A DNA stretch of 64,000 nt, taken from the human T2T-CHM13v2.0 reference genome, Homo sapiens. Position numbers and translations under genes: made by a program. Below the pieces are notes generated by a model. It ran no database searches and was not told the DNA's origin. It was given only the letters and a program-made list of their open reading frames with translations. Location of the stretch: NCBI RefSeq assembly GCF_009914755.1, contig NC_060942.1; one strand, 5' to 3'. Numbering within the stretch: position 1 is the stretch's first letter; each line of letters opens with the position of its first letter. Shown one piece after another: positions 17,413 through 35,640 of this stretch.

Positions 17413-17823
17413 GCGAGTGCCCCGCGTCCCCCTGATTGCCGTGCGCTTCCAATCGCCTTGCGTTCGGTGGCCTCATATTCCCCTGTGCGCCTCTAGTACC
17501 GTACCCCGCTCCCTTCAGCCCCCTGCTCCCCGCATTCTCTTGCGCTCCGCGACCCCGCGCACACACCCATCCGCGCACACACCCATCCGCCCCACTGGTG
17601 CCCAAGCCGTCCAGCCGCGCCCGCGGGCAGAGCCCAATCCCGTCCCGCGCCTCCTCACCCTCTTGCAGCTGGGCACAGGTACCAGGTGTGGCTCTTGCGA
17701 GGTGCGCGGGCGTCTGCAAACCAGGTGACAGCTGGCGAGTGGCTGCATGCATCTCTGGCCGCTGCTGCAGTCGCGGGCGCAGAAGAGGGTCCGGTCCCAG
17801 GAACCCCGAGCAAAGCTTCCGCG

Positions 17824-17963
17824 ATGCGAGGGGACCGGGCTTCTGGGGGTCCTGGAAATCACAACGGGAGCTGGGCGCGGGAGGGGCCCAGGCTTGGCCC
17901 CTCCTGGAAGCGCGGGCTCTGGTCTCCGAGGGGAGGCCCCAACCGTCCGGCGGAGCCCTCCAG
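17824..17963 (+). CDS. CIDEA: CIDEA alternative first coding exon (MRGDRASGGP...PAEPS-R), 253-aa isoform
   Basis: ATG at 17824, 140 nt open, AG|GTTGGT donor in the same phase 2 as exon 1. 140+145+147+182+148=762 nt = 253 aa + stop. Matches my recollection of the longer CIDEA isoform. Confidence 0.75.
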
Positions 17964-18990
17964 GTTGGTGGTGCTGGGAGAAGCGCTCCTCCTTGCCTCC
18001 GGGTCCAAGGGCGGAGACGCTGCCTGGGGAGCAGGGGGGACAAGGGGCGGGTGGACCCTGAGGAGTCTTCCCTGCGCTTCGCACCCGCTCGTGGTCGAAC
18101 AGGCAGCATTGGCTATTTTCCTGCTTGGGTTAATATTCATATCCCAACAGACCCAAGCCAATTCTTGGTAAAATCCTAAGTCATTGCGTGGCAGCAACTG
18201 TAAAGTAAGGTCTAAGAGGGAGATCGTGTTTCTCTGAAGATCAAGTACCTGGAAAAGGATAGAGAACCATTTGCGGGCTTGAAGGTGCAGGCGTTCAGCG
18301 GCGCCGGGTCCCACTGTGTGTGCTACGTGTGGCGGGCAGAGAGACTACATGTGTGAAAGGGAGCGGTCCGGCTACGAAACGCAATCTATGAGCTTCCAAT
18401 CCCGGGTTCTTAAATGGGAGCTGTTGTAGACACTGCAGGTTAGAAGCATCTTTCTCTTTAAAAATAAGCCCACAGTACAAGTCGGGGCGGTGGCAGGGGG
18501 ACGCTGAGAAACACCTGCTTCGTGTATGGTCATTAACACGCTTAGGCCTAAAGGTCAGGGCCCTGTATCTTTTGCGTTCTTCCAGAACCATCCACACCAC
18601 AGTCCCACTTCCAGGAGGGGAGGTCTTAGCAGTTTGGAATGCGTCCTTCCAACCACTTTTCCAGTGAATTCACAACACACCCACTGTTCCTCCGGAGCAT
18701 GGGGGAAGGAAGTGTGGGCTGACTCGCACTAACCAATCCTGGTTGGCCTCTGAGCAGGATTCAGGCTGAGCCTGTCCCTGCCTCTGACTATTATAACAGC
18801 TCACCAAAATCCAAAATGCATCTGTGTGGGGTCTCTGTGAGGTCGTGTGAAGTGGAAGTGACTTGCTTATGAGCTGTTGACAAATGAAACATTGGGAAAC
18901 CTTGAGTCTCCTAGGACACATTCCTTCCAGCTTGGCTCATCCCAGGAGTGAATGACTCTACCTGTTATGGACAAGCTGTTGCTGCAGTTC

Positions 18991-19125
18991 TTTGAAATCT
19001 ACCTGCTTCCAGGCTGAACTACTGTCATTCTGTGAAATCTACCTGCTCCCAGGCTGAACTACTGTCATTCTGTGAAATCTACCTGCTCCCAGGCTGGACT
19101 ACTGTCATTCTGTGAAATCTACCTG
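18991..19125. repeat. 40-bp minisatellite, about 3.4 copies
   Basis: Unit TGTGAAATCTACCTGCTCCCAGGCTGAACTACTGTCATTC at 18991, 19031, 19071 and partial at 19111. Confidence 0.95.
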
Positions 19126-22100
19126 TTACCAAACTAAACTGGAAGAAAACAATCTGTAATTCTTGTTGAAGGGAAAACACCTTTTCTTCCCTGCCCCTCT
19201 CTAAAACCCTGTCCGGGCAAAAGAGCCAGAGGCCAGGTCCTAACACATTTGCTAATTGTGCTCTTGCTGGACTTCTGCTTCCTCTCAGGGTTCCTTAATT
19301 TAAACCAGGTCCAGGATGTCATAATTCTGTCTTTATTAGTAACTACATTTTACCAAGGAAAGAACCGAATCAATGTGCACAAAAATTTTTAAAAATCAGG
19401 TACTTGTAGTCAGTGGTGAAACCTTAACCCAGGCATTTGTTAGTCAGCTAGAATCGTTAGGGGCCTTGGTCCTGAGGAAAGCAGCCTGAGGTCTCACAAC
19501 AAAGCTCCAGACATCAAGGAGGTCCACATGCAGGTTGACTATCACAGACAAAGTCTGCTCTGTTCCTGTGTTCTGCCAGTGATAACATTCCTGCCAAACG
19601 CTGAAGTTGTTATGAAGCTGGTACATGTTATAAGCTTCGTGTGAAATGGCTGCTTTCATAGCTATCTAGCACATTTTTCCTTTCCTTGAACAAGGAACTC
19701 TAGGTTTTGTGCTGCTATTTCAGTACAAATTTCACCAGTCTTCTTAGTGACATTAGTAAGGAATTAAGTATGCTACAAGTCAATCTCTCAGCTTTCTGCT
19801 TCTTGAATTTAAATTCTTATTTTAACGAAACTGCAAAGTGTTCAAAGACTTCATGGTCATGTATTGAACACTTGATAATGTCAAGCCTTTAGGTAGCTTG
19901 CGAAGAACTGAGCCATGAACCAGGCAGTCCTTGTCGGGACGAGTTTATCTGGGGGGTAGGTGTGCTCCCACCTGCATATGTCACGTCCAAGAGCCCTAGG
20001 GGAGCCGGGCAGCAGGAAGTCTCGTCAAGGCAGCACTTGCTTCCCTGCTTCCTGCCACTGACCCCACCATCCTCTGACACTGTCTCTACAGCTCAGGGAC
20101 TCTTCTCCAGGCCTGTGGAGCACTTTCCCAGCCCTCCCTTCCTTCTCTGCGTGGCTGTGCTTGACCTCACACTTCCCTCCTTGGCATTCCCTGCTGCTCT
20201 TGGTGACAGTGCTCGGTTGGCTTCTGTCCAATTCCTGTGTACTGCTTCTTCCTCCCACGGTGGCTGCCTCTTTTTCTTCCTAATGATGAGATGCAGAGTT
20301 CCCTCAGCCATCACTGCCCCCTGAATATTCCCAGGCACTATTTTACACAGCCTGTACTGCTGCCCCCTCACCCATGACACCAAAATATTTCACTTTGAGG
20401 AAGACCTTAATACTGGGCCCTTTTCCTCCATAGGTGGCATGTAAAGAAAGCTTTTTAATTCTCTGTACGGCTCAGGTTTGTTTTACTGGAGAAGAGTTCA
20501 GGTCCACTGTCAGTCTGTGGCTTGTTGGTGTATTTCACACACTTTTGGAAGTTGGCGGCGCCCTGCCTCCCTCGGGGCAGAATACAAAACCTTCCCTTCC
20601 CACCTGTTCCTGAGAGACATGCCGTTTCACAGCGTTCTATGAAGTCTGACTTTTCCTCTCTGGATTTCTGTGAAACAGCCTACTTCCTTAAACAAACTGT
20701 TTCCTTATATCTTCCCTGTTAGAGGGTTATTTCCCTTTCTGTTTCCTGTGGTTGTGTGCCCCCACTTTCACAGGAATTAGGAGCGGCAGTTCTCATGTGT
20801 GGTGTGTCTAAACGCAGGATCCTAGGGCCGCTCAGTGGCCCTGCTTTTAGGCACGGTGCTGATGGCCAGTGATAGAGATGACTCTACTCAGCGGGCTGGA
20901 GGTGACTTGGGTGGAGACGGTGGCTTGTTCATGTAGCAGCAGATTCGGTACCTGTAGGGTCCTGGAGTACATAGGCCTGGCGTGCAGAACATCTCATTCA
21001 ACCCCTTTCTGTGTTACATATGAGACAGCCTTGATTTTACATAATTTGACCCAGAAATCACTCACCTCCTCCTTGACAAGAAGGTGGGGTGTAAATTTCC
21101 TTTCCTCTGTGCCCCCACCAGCCTTTCCTCCAGCAGTGACGCAGCTCTTGGTTTGGAAATGCTACAGGTGAGAACAATAGGTGTTTTTTCACTGACGATG
21201 GCAATCTTGAGGGCAGGTGAAGGCAGGGAGAACCAGAAATGGTTGCCAGCTCTTATCTTGTCAGACAGGTAAAGACCGCAGGAACCTGGAATTAATCATC
21301 TGGGCCAGGTCACCGGAGCACAGGTGCTTACGAAGGCGTGAGCATGTTCGTCCAATGAGGAGATGCAGGGCCAGGGCTGCGCCTTTGACCACTGGGGCTG
21401 GACCTAGCATTGGAAGACATGGACCATGTTCTCTCATTTCTCTGATTTTGGCCTAGCATCTTTCACTCAGTAAATAGATGGCGTGCTGACAGGCGCTGTG
21501 GGAAAGTAGGAGATGCACCGCCAGACTCCGTGAGACAGATGCTAGAGGCCTTGTGCAAGACTGTGGTGACTTCCTGCCTTGGGGGCGAAGAGGGGCTCTT
21601 TCTCGCTGCTGAGGCCGGGCCCTTCTCTCTTGTGGGAGCCGCGTCTTCTGGCCAGGTGCCGCACCGCTGGGTGGAAGCCGGAGCTGGATTCAGACCCTGG
21701 TCTAGCCTTTGCTGCCCTGACGATTCGCCTCCTGCTTTCCCCAGGCCTAGGTTTCACTGTAAGGTGGATCCCAAGGAGTGGTAAGGCAAGGCGCTAGCTC
21801 TCACACACGAGGGTTTGGCATCCAGCGGCACTTGGGCCTTTCTGTCACCCTCCTTGAGGGGACTTCAGCTAGTTTAAATTTCAGCTGCCATGATGAGGTG
21901 GAGGCGACGCCAGGGTTCTGAACGTGAAATGTAACACAGCCCGTCCTCACCGCCCTCTCCCCCCGGGTCACCAGGAGTGAGAGTGTGCCCGAATTCCCCG
22001 TGGTGTCAGCACAGCAGTGTTGTTTATGGCATTGTGTAACTGAGAACCCTGCGTCACTCTCTTAATCGAGGTGACAGTTCAGAAGCTGTGTGCCAGTCCT

Positions 22101-25100
22101 GGGGCCGCGTTGGTGCACAGCCCGGCCGGGCGAGGCTCTGATTGGCTAGGTGGGTCCCTGGCAAACGTGTGCGGGTCATTCTGACAGGTCCGGAGCCCCA
22201 ACCCAGCACATTTCCCTCGGCCTTGCCTCATTGAAAACAAACTGTGTAGCAACTTTGTCTACCCAGAAGGGAAAGGCGTTGAGGGCATGAACTCGAAGCG
22301 CTGCTGTGCTTTCAGCCATAGAGCAGCTTTTCCGCACAGCCCTCTAGATAGATGTTTATTGCTTGAGATTTGAAGTTCAGAGGATGGATAACAAAACAAC
22401 CTGCTCCCACAACCAAAAAAAGTCTTGGCTTTGGACAGACCTGGGATCAGGTTTTATCTTTTTCCCTTATTGACTGGCCCACTTGGAGAAGCCACTCTGA
22501 GCCTCAGTTTTCTCATCCGTGAAGTGGGGCAATAGTTTCCTTGCAAGGTTGTGAGGATAATTTGCTAATATTAATTAATATTGAATTAATGGGCATGGTG
22601 GTGCACACCTGTAATCCCAGCACTTAGGGAGGCCAAGGTGGGCAGATCACGAGGTCAGGAGTTGGAGACAAGCCTGAACAACATGGTGAAAACCTTTTCT
22701 TTACTAAAAATACAAAAATTAGCCAGGCATGGTAGCGGGCGCCTGTAACCCCAGCTACTCAGGAGGCTGAGGCAGGAGAATTGCTTGAACCCGAGAAGCA
22801 GAGGCTGTAGTGAGCCCAGATGGCATCACTGCACTCCAGCCTGGGCAACAGAGCGAGACTCTGTCTCCAAAAACAAACAAACAAAAATTGAACTAACATT
22901 AACAAGAGCTGAAATTGCTAATACACTGCTGGCCATGGTGCTTAGATGCCAGCAGTTATGAGGCCCTGATGTCATCCTGGCCAAGGATACTCCAGACCAA
23001 ATTCTTGCCAATGACCTTGGTCTGGTTCTAGAACGACACTTTGTTGGTGAGGCACCTGGAGAAGGCACAAACACTCACGATTATGGAAAGCCTGAAACTG
23101 GGATCAAGCTGGTAGCGTGAACTCAACAAGGCGATTTTTGAGAGCCAGCTTGTTACTCTACTCTCAGGTTTTTGGTCTGTTTTTTGTTTGTTTGTTTGTT
23201 TGTTTGTTTTAGAGACAGTGTCACTCTTTTGCCCAGGCTGGAGTGCACTGTGGCCCCAATCTAGGGCTCGAGCAATCCCCTTGCCTCAGCCTCCCAAGTA
23301 GCTAGGACTACAGGCATGCACCACCACGCCTGACTAATTTTTTTTTTCAATTTATTTTTTGTAAAGATGAGGGGTCTCACTATGTTGCCCAGATTGGTCT
23401 CTAACTCCTGGGCTCAAGTGACCCTCCTGCCTCAGCCTTCCAAAGTGCTGGGATTACAGGCATGAGCCATTGCACCCAGCCAACTATCGGTTTTTTATAT
23501 TACAAACAATTTGGTAAGTCATTGAATTTTCACTTGGATCCATTTGCAGAGCTTTAAGTTAGATAATATACTATCTAAAATGTATGTGCCTACAACTAAG
23601 CTAGGTATTACAGGAAATATAACAACGAAGTCTTTATCCATACAGAAAATAAAGCATGGATAGATGGCTGTGTGTCATAAAGTGCCAAATCACAGGTGAC
23701 AGGCATTGGCAATCCGTGCAGGTGTTCCCTAGTATTTTAGCATTCAGTGAGTTAATCCAGAAAAACTGCTCTAAGAGTCAAAAAGCAGTGATGTGCTCAC
23801 TTTGTGTCTTTTTCAAGGTTGTCCTGAAACTACACCCTTTGTTTCATTCTCTTGAATGTCCGTGTACAAGCATTTGTCCAAATAGCCACTAATTTGAGCA
23901 CCTGTGGTAGGTGGGTGCTCTCCGGGGTGAGGGAAGTGTCCAGTCCTGCTCTGTGGGGGCATGGGGATTCAATGAGGTCACACAGATGCCACTATCACGG
24001 TGCCTGGCTCTAGGTAAGACCTGAACCCTTGCTGATTTCTGATTGTGTTATTTGCAATCACTTTGTTATGAATCTATTTCTGAATGTAAAAAAGTCGGCC
24101 AAGAGTGCTGGCTCACGCCTGAAATCCTAGCACTTTGGGATGCTGAGGTGGGTGGATCACTTGAGGTCAGGAGTTTGAAACCAGCTTGGCCATCATGGTG
24201 AAACTCAGTCTCTACTAAATATACAAAAAATTAGCTGGCCATGGTGGTGCACGCCTGCAATCCCAGCTACTCAGGAGGCTGAGGCAGGAGAATTGCTTGA
24301 ACCCAGGAGGCGGAAGAATCGCTTGAACCATTCCAGTCTGGGCAACAGAGCGAGACTCCATCTCAAAACAAACAAACAAACAAAAGTCTGCGGTCCTGGG
24401 TGAAAACTCTACATGTGGCTCTACTGGCCCCCCTTCTAGTGACAGCAGCAGGGTACCTGTGTCTCCCCTCTTGGAGTTATTTTTATAAAATTTCATGCCT
24501 TCATGCTTTTTGGTTTAAAAGCATGCAATCATGTGTTGAAGGCAGTTTCCCTTTTCTTTTCTTTTTTCTTTTTCTTTCAGTTGGAGTCTCACTATGTCAT
24601 CCAGGCTGGAGTACAGTGGTGCAACCTTGGCTCACTGCAGCCTTGACCTTCTAGGTTCATCCGGGCTCAAGCAATCCTCTCATCTCCACTTCCTGAGTAG
24701 ATGAGAGTATAGCTGCACCACCACACCCAGCTAATTTTTTTTTATTTTTATTTTTTTGTAAAGACAGGGTCTCACTATGTTGCCCAGGCTGGTCTCGAAC
24801 TCCTGGGTTCAAGCTATCTTCTTGCCTCAGCCTCCCAAAGTACTGGAATTACAGGCATGAGAGCCACCATGCCCAGCAGGTTTTGCATTTCTTAAATTGC
24901 TATCAAAAGCTTCATCTGGGAGGCTGAAGCAGGAGGGAGGACTGCTTGAACCCAGGAGTTCAAGACCAGCCTGGGCAACAAAGTAAGGCCCTGTCTCTAC
25001 AAAAATACAAAACTCAGACAAACATGGTGGCTTGCACCTATAGTCCCAGCTACTCAGGAGGCTGAGGCAGGAGGATCGCTTGAGCCCAGGAGGTCAAGGC

Positions 25101-25820
25101 TGCAGTAAGTTGAGATCACACTACTGCAATCCAGCCTGGGCAACAAAGCAAGACCCTGTATCTAAAAGGAGAAAAAAAAAGTAAATTTTTGAATTAATTC
25201 TTTGATAAATGTGGACTTAATCCAAAGTGTCCTGTGATGTAAGCCCTGAAGGTCTTTTCTTTCTTGTGATTCCAGCCACAGTTCTAAGGGTGGTTCTGCT
25301 GTTCTTGGTTCCTCCTAAGTTGATTTCAGAAACTTCATTGATTGCTATAGTGACCAATATTGCACTTTTGAATTGATTTCTGGCTTACCCTTATTGTGGA
25401 AACATGTAGCTATGTGCACGTGTCTGAGTGCACTGAGTCTCTAACTCTGCGTAACTACTTCATGGCCACTAGAAATCATTCTTTTGGATTTTTTAAATCT
25501 CCCACCCATATTTGCAGAATATAATTCTTATTTCTTGTTTGAGTTGAATTCCCTAACCATTCCTTCTCAAAGAGTTTCAGCAAGGACTTTGGATGTTCTA
25601 GTAAAATAGGAATAAAGATGGATGTGTGTTTTGGCTTGATGTGTTACTTGTTTCTTCTTTGGAATTATGTGTACACTTGTATATATAATTTTTAGTAATC
25701 CCAACAACTGAATTTCTTTCTTTTAGATGCAAATATTAAAAATGCATTATTTTTATGTACTTTCACACTTCTTCTGACAGACTCTTTTTAAAAAGTTTTA
25801 CTTTTCACCTCCATTTTCAG

Positions 25821-25965
25821 GCCCCTGACATTTATGGGATCACAGACTAAGCGAGTCCTGTTCACCCCGCTCATGCATCCAGCTCGCCCTTTCCGGGTCT
25901 CCAACCATGACAGGAGCAGCCGGCGTGGGGTGATGGCAAGCAGCCTGCAGGAGCTCATCAGCAAG
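25821..25965 (+). CDS. CIDEA: CIDEA exon 2 (PLTFMGSQTKRVLF...SLQELISK), start of CIDE-N domain
   Basis: ttttcag acceptor, AAG|GTGCCC donor, 145 nt; RPFRVSNHDRSSRRGVMASSLQEL is the CIDE-N signature. Confidence 0.98.
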
Positions 25966-27302
25966 GTGCCCCACATCCCGCACCTCTCCCCCAGTCCACA
26001 GGGGTGCCCTGCACTCACACAGGGCCATGGTCTTGGGCTCTAAGCCAGGGCCAGCACAGAAAGATCAAGAAAAGCAGCATCTCACTGGGGGGAAACGGGG
26101 AGAGAAATTGGGAATGACTGCTGGTGGTTATGGAGTTTCTTTTTCTTTTTCTGTTTTTGAGACAGGATCTTGCCATGTGGCCCAGGCTGGCCTCAAACTC
26201 CTGGGCTTAAGTGATCCTCCCACCTCAACCTCCCAAGTGCATGCCAGTTTCTTTCTTGGGTGATGAAAGTGCTGTAAAATTGATTGTGGTGACGGTGGGC
26301 CAACTCTGTGAGCATACCAAAAACCACTGCACCGTATACTTTAAATGAGTGGATCATATGATATGTGAATTATACATCAGTAAAGCTGTTTTTAAAAGAG
26401 GAGGAAAAGAAAGAAGGAGAAACAGCAAGTTAAACTCATCAGACCCTCTCTTGGCCTCAGAGACTCTGAGAGTAAAGGTTAGGTATAAATGATCAAGGGG
26501 AACATTACATCTCTGTACCATAAAACATTGAGGTACAGAGACAAAAACCTTAAAACAGTCACTAATGGAGAATGTTGCTTTGTTTCTTTGACAAGGGAGG
26601 ATGCAGGGATGGAGCCGACTTTGGAAGTCTGGGTTTGGTTGTAAAGGCCAGGATCTAGAACAGTGTCCTAGACCACCAAATAAGGAAGAATCCCAGCCTC
26701 TCAGAGAAGCATAACTCAGACTCAGGCACCCATGGAAACAAGAAACAAGCATCCAACATGCAGTCTCTGAAGCAAGAGAGACACTCAGCTACGCACACGA
26801 GGCTGTGGCTCTTACAGCAGCAAACATGCAAGAGCTTTCTTTTTATTCATCTAAATAAATAGGTAATCTTAGAAATTACAAATATTATTTAATGTAATCA
26901 TTACCTCATGTATCTTAAGAAGACAGATCCATTAAAAATCTTAACTTCCCGGCCGCATGCAATGGCATGTACTTGTAGCCCCAGCTACTCCGGAGGCTGT
27001 GGCAGGAAGATTGCTTGAGCCCAGGAGTCTGAGGCTGTGATGCACTATGATTGTGTCTGTGAATAGCCACTGCACTCCAGCCTGGGCAGCATAGTGGGTC
27101 CCCATCTTAAAAAGAACATTCTTCACTTCCCTGTTTCCAAGCAAAGACTGAGTCATAGACACAAGTCAAGGTTACCTTTACCATTAAAATTTTATCAGAA
27201 TCAGCCCAACACTTTTGAAAACTGTAACTTAATAAATGTCATTGGCTGGTCACATGGAAATACCTGGCTTCACTCCATTTCTCTGATGTGTTGCACACCT
27301 AG

Positions 27303-27449
27303 ACTCTGGATGCCCTCGTCATCGCTACCGGACTGGTCACTCTGGTGCTGGAGGAAGATGGCACCGTGGTGGACACAGAAGAGTTCTTTCAGACCTTGGG
27401 AGACAACACGCATTTCATGATCTTGGAAAAAGGACAGAAGTGGATGCCG
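27303..27449 (+). CDS. CIDEA: CIDEA exon 3 (TLDALVIATGLVTLVLEEDGTVVDTEEFFQTLGDNTHFMILEKGQKWMP)
   Basis: cctag acceptor, CCG|GTAAGC donor, 147 nt; EEDGT motif of CIDE-N. Confidence 0.98.
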
Positions 27450-27453
27450 GTAA

Positions 27454-27847
<394 letters not shown>

Positions 27848-29226
27848 AACTTCTCCACTTTCTAAATATGCACTTTGTATTCACCTAACAACTGGATCCA
27901 CTGCCCTCAAAGGGATTCTTACAAATGTTTCTAGGAAACTTAGTCTCTCTGTGAACTGAGGCTATTTGATATAAAGCAAATAATTCCAGGGAACAGGCTT
28001 TGGCCAGTGAGTAGCTACAGATCCTGTAAATGCACGGAATTGACTTGGCAACTCTTCACCATCTCTGTTCTTAGAAGGCTGGAGAAGTAAACACCATCAA
28101 GGAAGTTAGGGAGAGGGGTGTGTGTGCATGTGTGAATATGGAGATTTAGAAAAGTAAAGAGACAGAATGAAGCCTTCGGTCTCTGGGAAAACTATAGATG
28201 ATATAGCTCAAAAAACCTTCTCAGTATAAAATGCCTAAAAATGTAAAGCACAATATCAAAATATCTTTTCACATAATAAACTGATCTCCAAGAAAGAGAA
28301 ATCCTCAGTGGTTAAAATGTTGAGGCCAGCATCCAGAGAGGAACACGAACACTGAAGCTGGCAGTTCCCCAGGCATCTCCTCTGGGGTTCCCCCACCTGT
28401 GAGCACCCACAGACCTCAGGGACAGATGCTGGGAGGACAGGAGACAGCCTCCAGCTGACACAAAGTCAAGGGGTGAGATGTGAGGGTCTGCGTAAAGCAG
28501 GGAATCTTAGAGCTCTCTCCTGGCAATTTGGGCCACAAGCTGCCCTCATGAGGGTTTAGGCATTGCTGAGTCCCAAACCCCTAAGCTGAGAGTTCGGTTT
28601 TCAGAGATCTGGGGGAGTAGCATCAATGGAGGGGTTTGCTCATTGGATTCTCTTTACTCCAGCCCCGTTTCCAGGATTGATAGTGCCCCAGGTAACTAGC
28701 AGGAGCTCAGGCAGTTCCGCTTGGGATGAACATCCATCCTGGCCTCAAAGAGTTTTCATTCGTAACGTTCTCACAATGCAAGTTCACAATCAAAACACAG
28801 AACGTAAGGACTCAGGCACCACATTCATGAGAGTAAGCAGAAGCAATCAAGTCAGGCCTGCCAGGACCGCAGATGTTGGAATCATCAGACACACAGTATA
28901 AAATTAGTGTACTAAAAATGCTCACCCATGGCTAAGTTTGACTGACTAAATAAATAAATTAATTAAATGCTCAAAGAAACATTAAAAATAATCTAAAATA
29001 AGAATAGCTAGGAATTGAAGACCAGCCTAGGCAACAGCAAAACCCCAATCTCCACCAAAAAAAAATTTTTTAAGGCTTAGCTGGGCAAGATGCTACACAC
29101 CTGAAGTCCTAGCTACTCAGGAGGCTGAGGCAGGAGGATCACTTGAGCCCAGGACTTGGATGCTGCAATGAACTATGATCACACCTCTGCACTCCAGCCT
29201 GAGTGACAGAGCAAGACCCTATATCA

Positions 29227-29496
<270 letters not shown>

Positions 29497-29734
29497 CTAT
29501 ACAGATTTGAAATAATCAAATAGAATTTTTGGAAATGAAAAATATAACAACTAAAATCAAGTAAATGGAGACTCAGGTTAGACAGAGCTGAAGGTAATGA
29601 TAAAAGATCTGAAAGATGTTGCCTGTGATGTAACACAAAGCAGTAGAGGTGGGGAACACGAAGGATGTTAGAGACCAGACTGAAATCTAATCTCTCTCTC
29701 TTTGGCATCCTCACGTAGGGAAGGATTTTTTTAA

Positions 29735-29989
<255 letters not shown>

Positions 29990-30479
29990 TGATCCACCTG
30001 CCTCGGCCTCCCAAAGTGCTGGGATTACAGGTGTGAGCCACCGCACCCGGCCGATTTTTTTATTTTTAAGATATAGGGCAACACACTCCTCTACTACCAC
30101 CAACAGCTACTTAATGCAGCAATTTGCTTCATCTCAGAGAGTGAGGCACAGACTATGACCCAGCAGCTGCTTTCCTGGGCATGAACCTGAGATTCCAACA
30201 ACACCACGTCAGCAGGTGTGTGTTAGAGCGTCCATGGCAGCAATGCCCTAAGTGGTGAGAACAAACACTGGAAACAAATCATGTACCCTTGCAGCACACA
30301 CGTGTGCCCAGCACATAGAAGTACTTCTAAGTAAATACACACGAAGAAACTGTAATGTGGTCCCTGAACAGAATGCTCTTCAGCTGTGAAAATGTGTGAA
30401 GTTCAGCTACAGGCATCCATGTGGATACACATCAGCTATGCTGAGCAAAAGATCACAGGATAATACAGTAAACAACGCA

Positions 30480-33073
<2,594 letters not shown>

Positions 33074-33747
33074 CACATCAAATCATTTACAGATAATTCA
33101 AAAATATGCAAAATTAACAATATAATGTTTGAGATACACATGTGTTAAAAATAGAGAAAAGTAAGGGGAAAACGCATGGCATAAAAACCTCTTGAGAGGA
33201 GGGGAGATGTGGGAGGTGGATGGGGTCTCTAAGGGATGGCAGTGTGTAGGTTTCATTTTACGTCTTTCTGTCCCTTACTTCTACATATATTATACATATA
33301 CATATATATTATATATATAACCTCACAATTTTCCTGACTGGGAAAGAAACCACAGACCAATTATAAAAGCATAATATTTAGAATAAAATGTAATCTTTAA
33401 TGTAGATGAGGGCTGGGCGCAGTGGCTCACACCTGTAATCCCAGCACTTTGGGAGGCCAAGGTGGGTGGATCACAAGGTCAGGAGTTCAAGACCAGCCTG
33501 GCCCACGGGGTGAAACCCCATCTTTACTAAAAATACAAAAATTAGACAAGCATGCTGGTAGGCACCTGTAATCCCAGCTACTTGGGAGGTTGAGGCAGAT
33601 AATTGTTCGAACCTGGGAGTTGGAGGTGCAGTGAGCTGAGATAGCACCAATGCACTCCAGCCTGGGCGACAGAGCAAGACTCCGTCTCACAAAAAAAAAA
33701 AAAAAAAAAAAGGCAGGTGGGGAGATGTCTGTAGATGAGACTATTAA

Positions 33748-34560
<813 letters not shown>

Positions 34561-34659
34561 GGCGGGTTTGTTTTTCTAAAGGAGACACTCAGCTAACAGG
34601 GAGGAGTTGGTGGTGGGCGCTGGGAACCTGGTTGCAGGGCAGGGTGGTGGGGGCGGTCG

Positions 34660-35640
<981 letters not shown>

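Larger units (their letters stand above)
16780..18110. promoter_or_regulatory. CIDEA: CpG island / CIDEA promoter with GC boxes and TATA-like TTTAAGA
   Basis: High CpG density, overlapping GGGCGG boxes at about 17295-17312, TTTAAGA at 17321 just upstream of exon 1. Confidence 0.9.

Noticed and set aside
17273-18314. Long overlapping ORFs (278, 247, 189 aa) on both strands
   Set aside because: Expected in a GC-rich CpG island with few stop codons; no domain signal apart from the CIDEA first exons.
18991-19125. CRISPR-like regular repeat
   Set aside because: Units are contiguous with no unique spacers, and the context is eukaryotic; it is a minisatellite.
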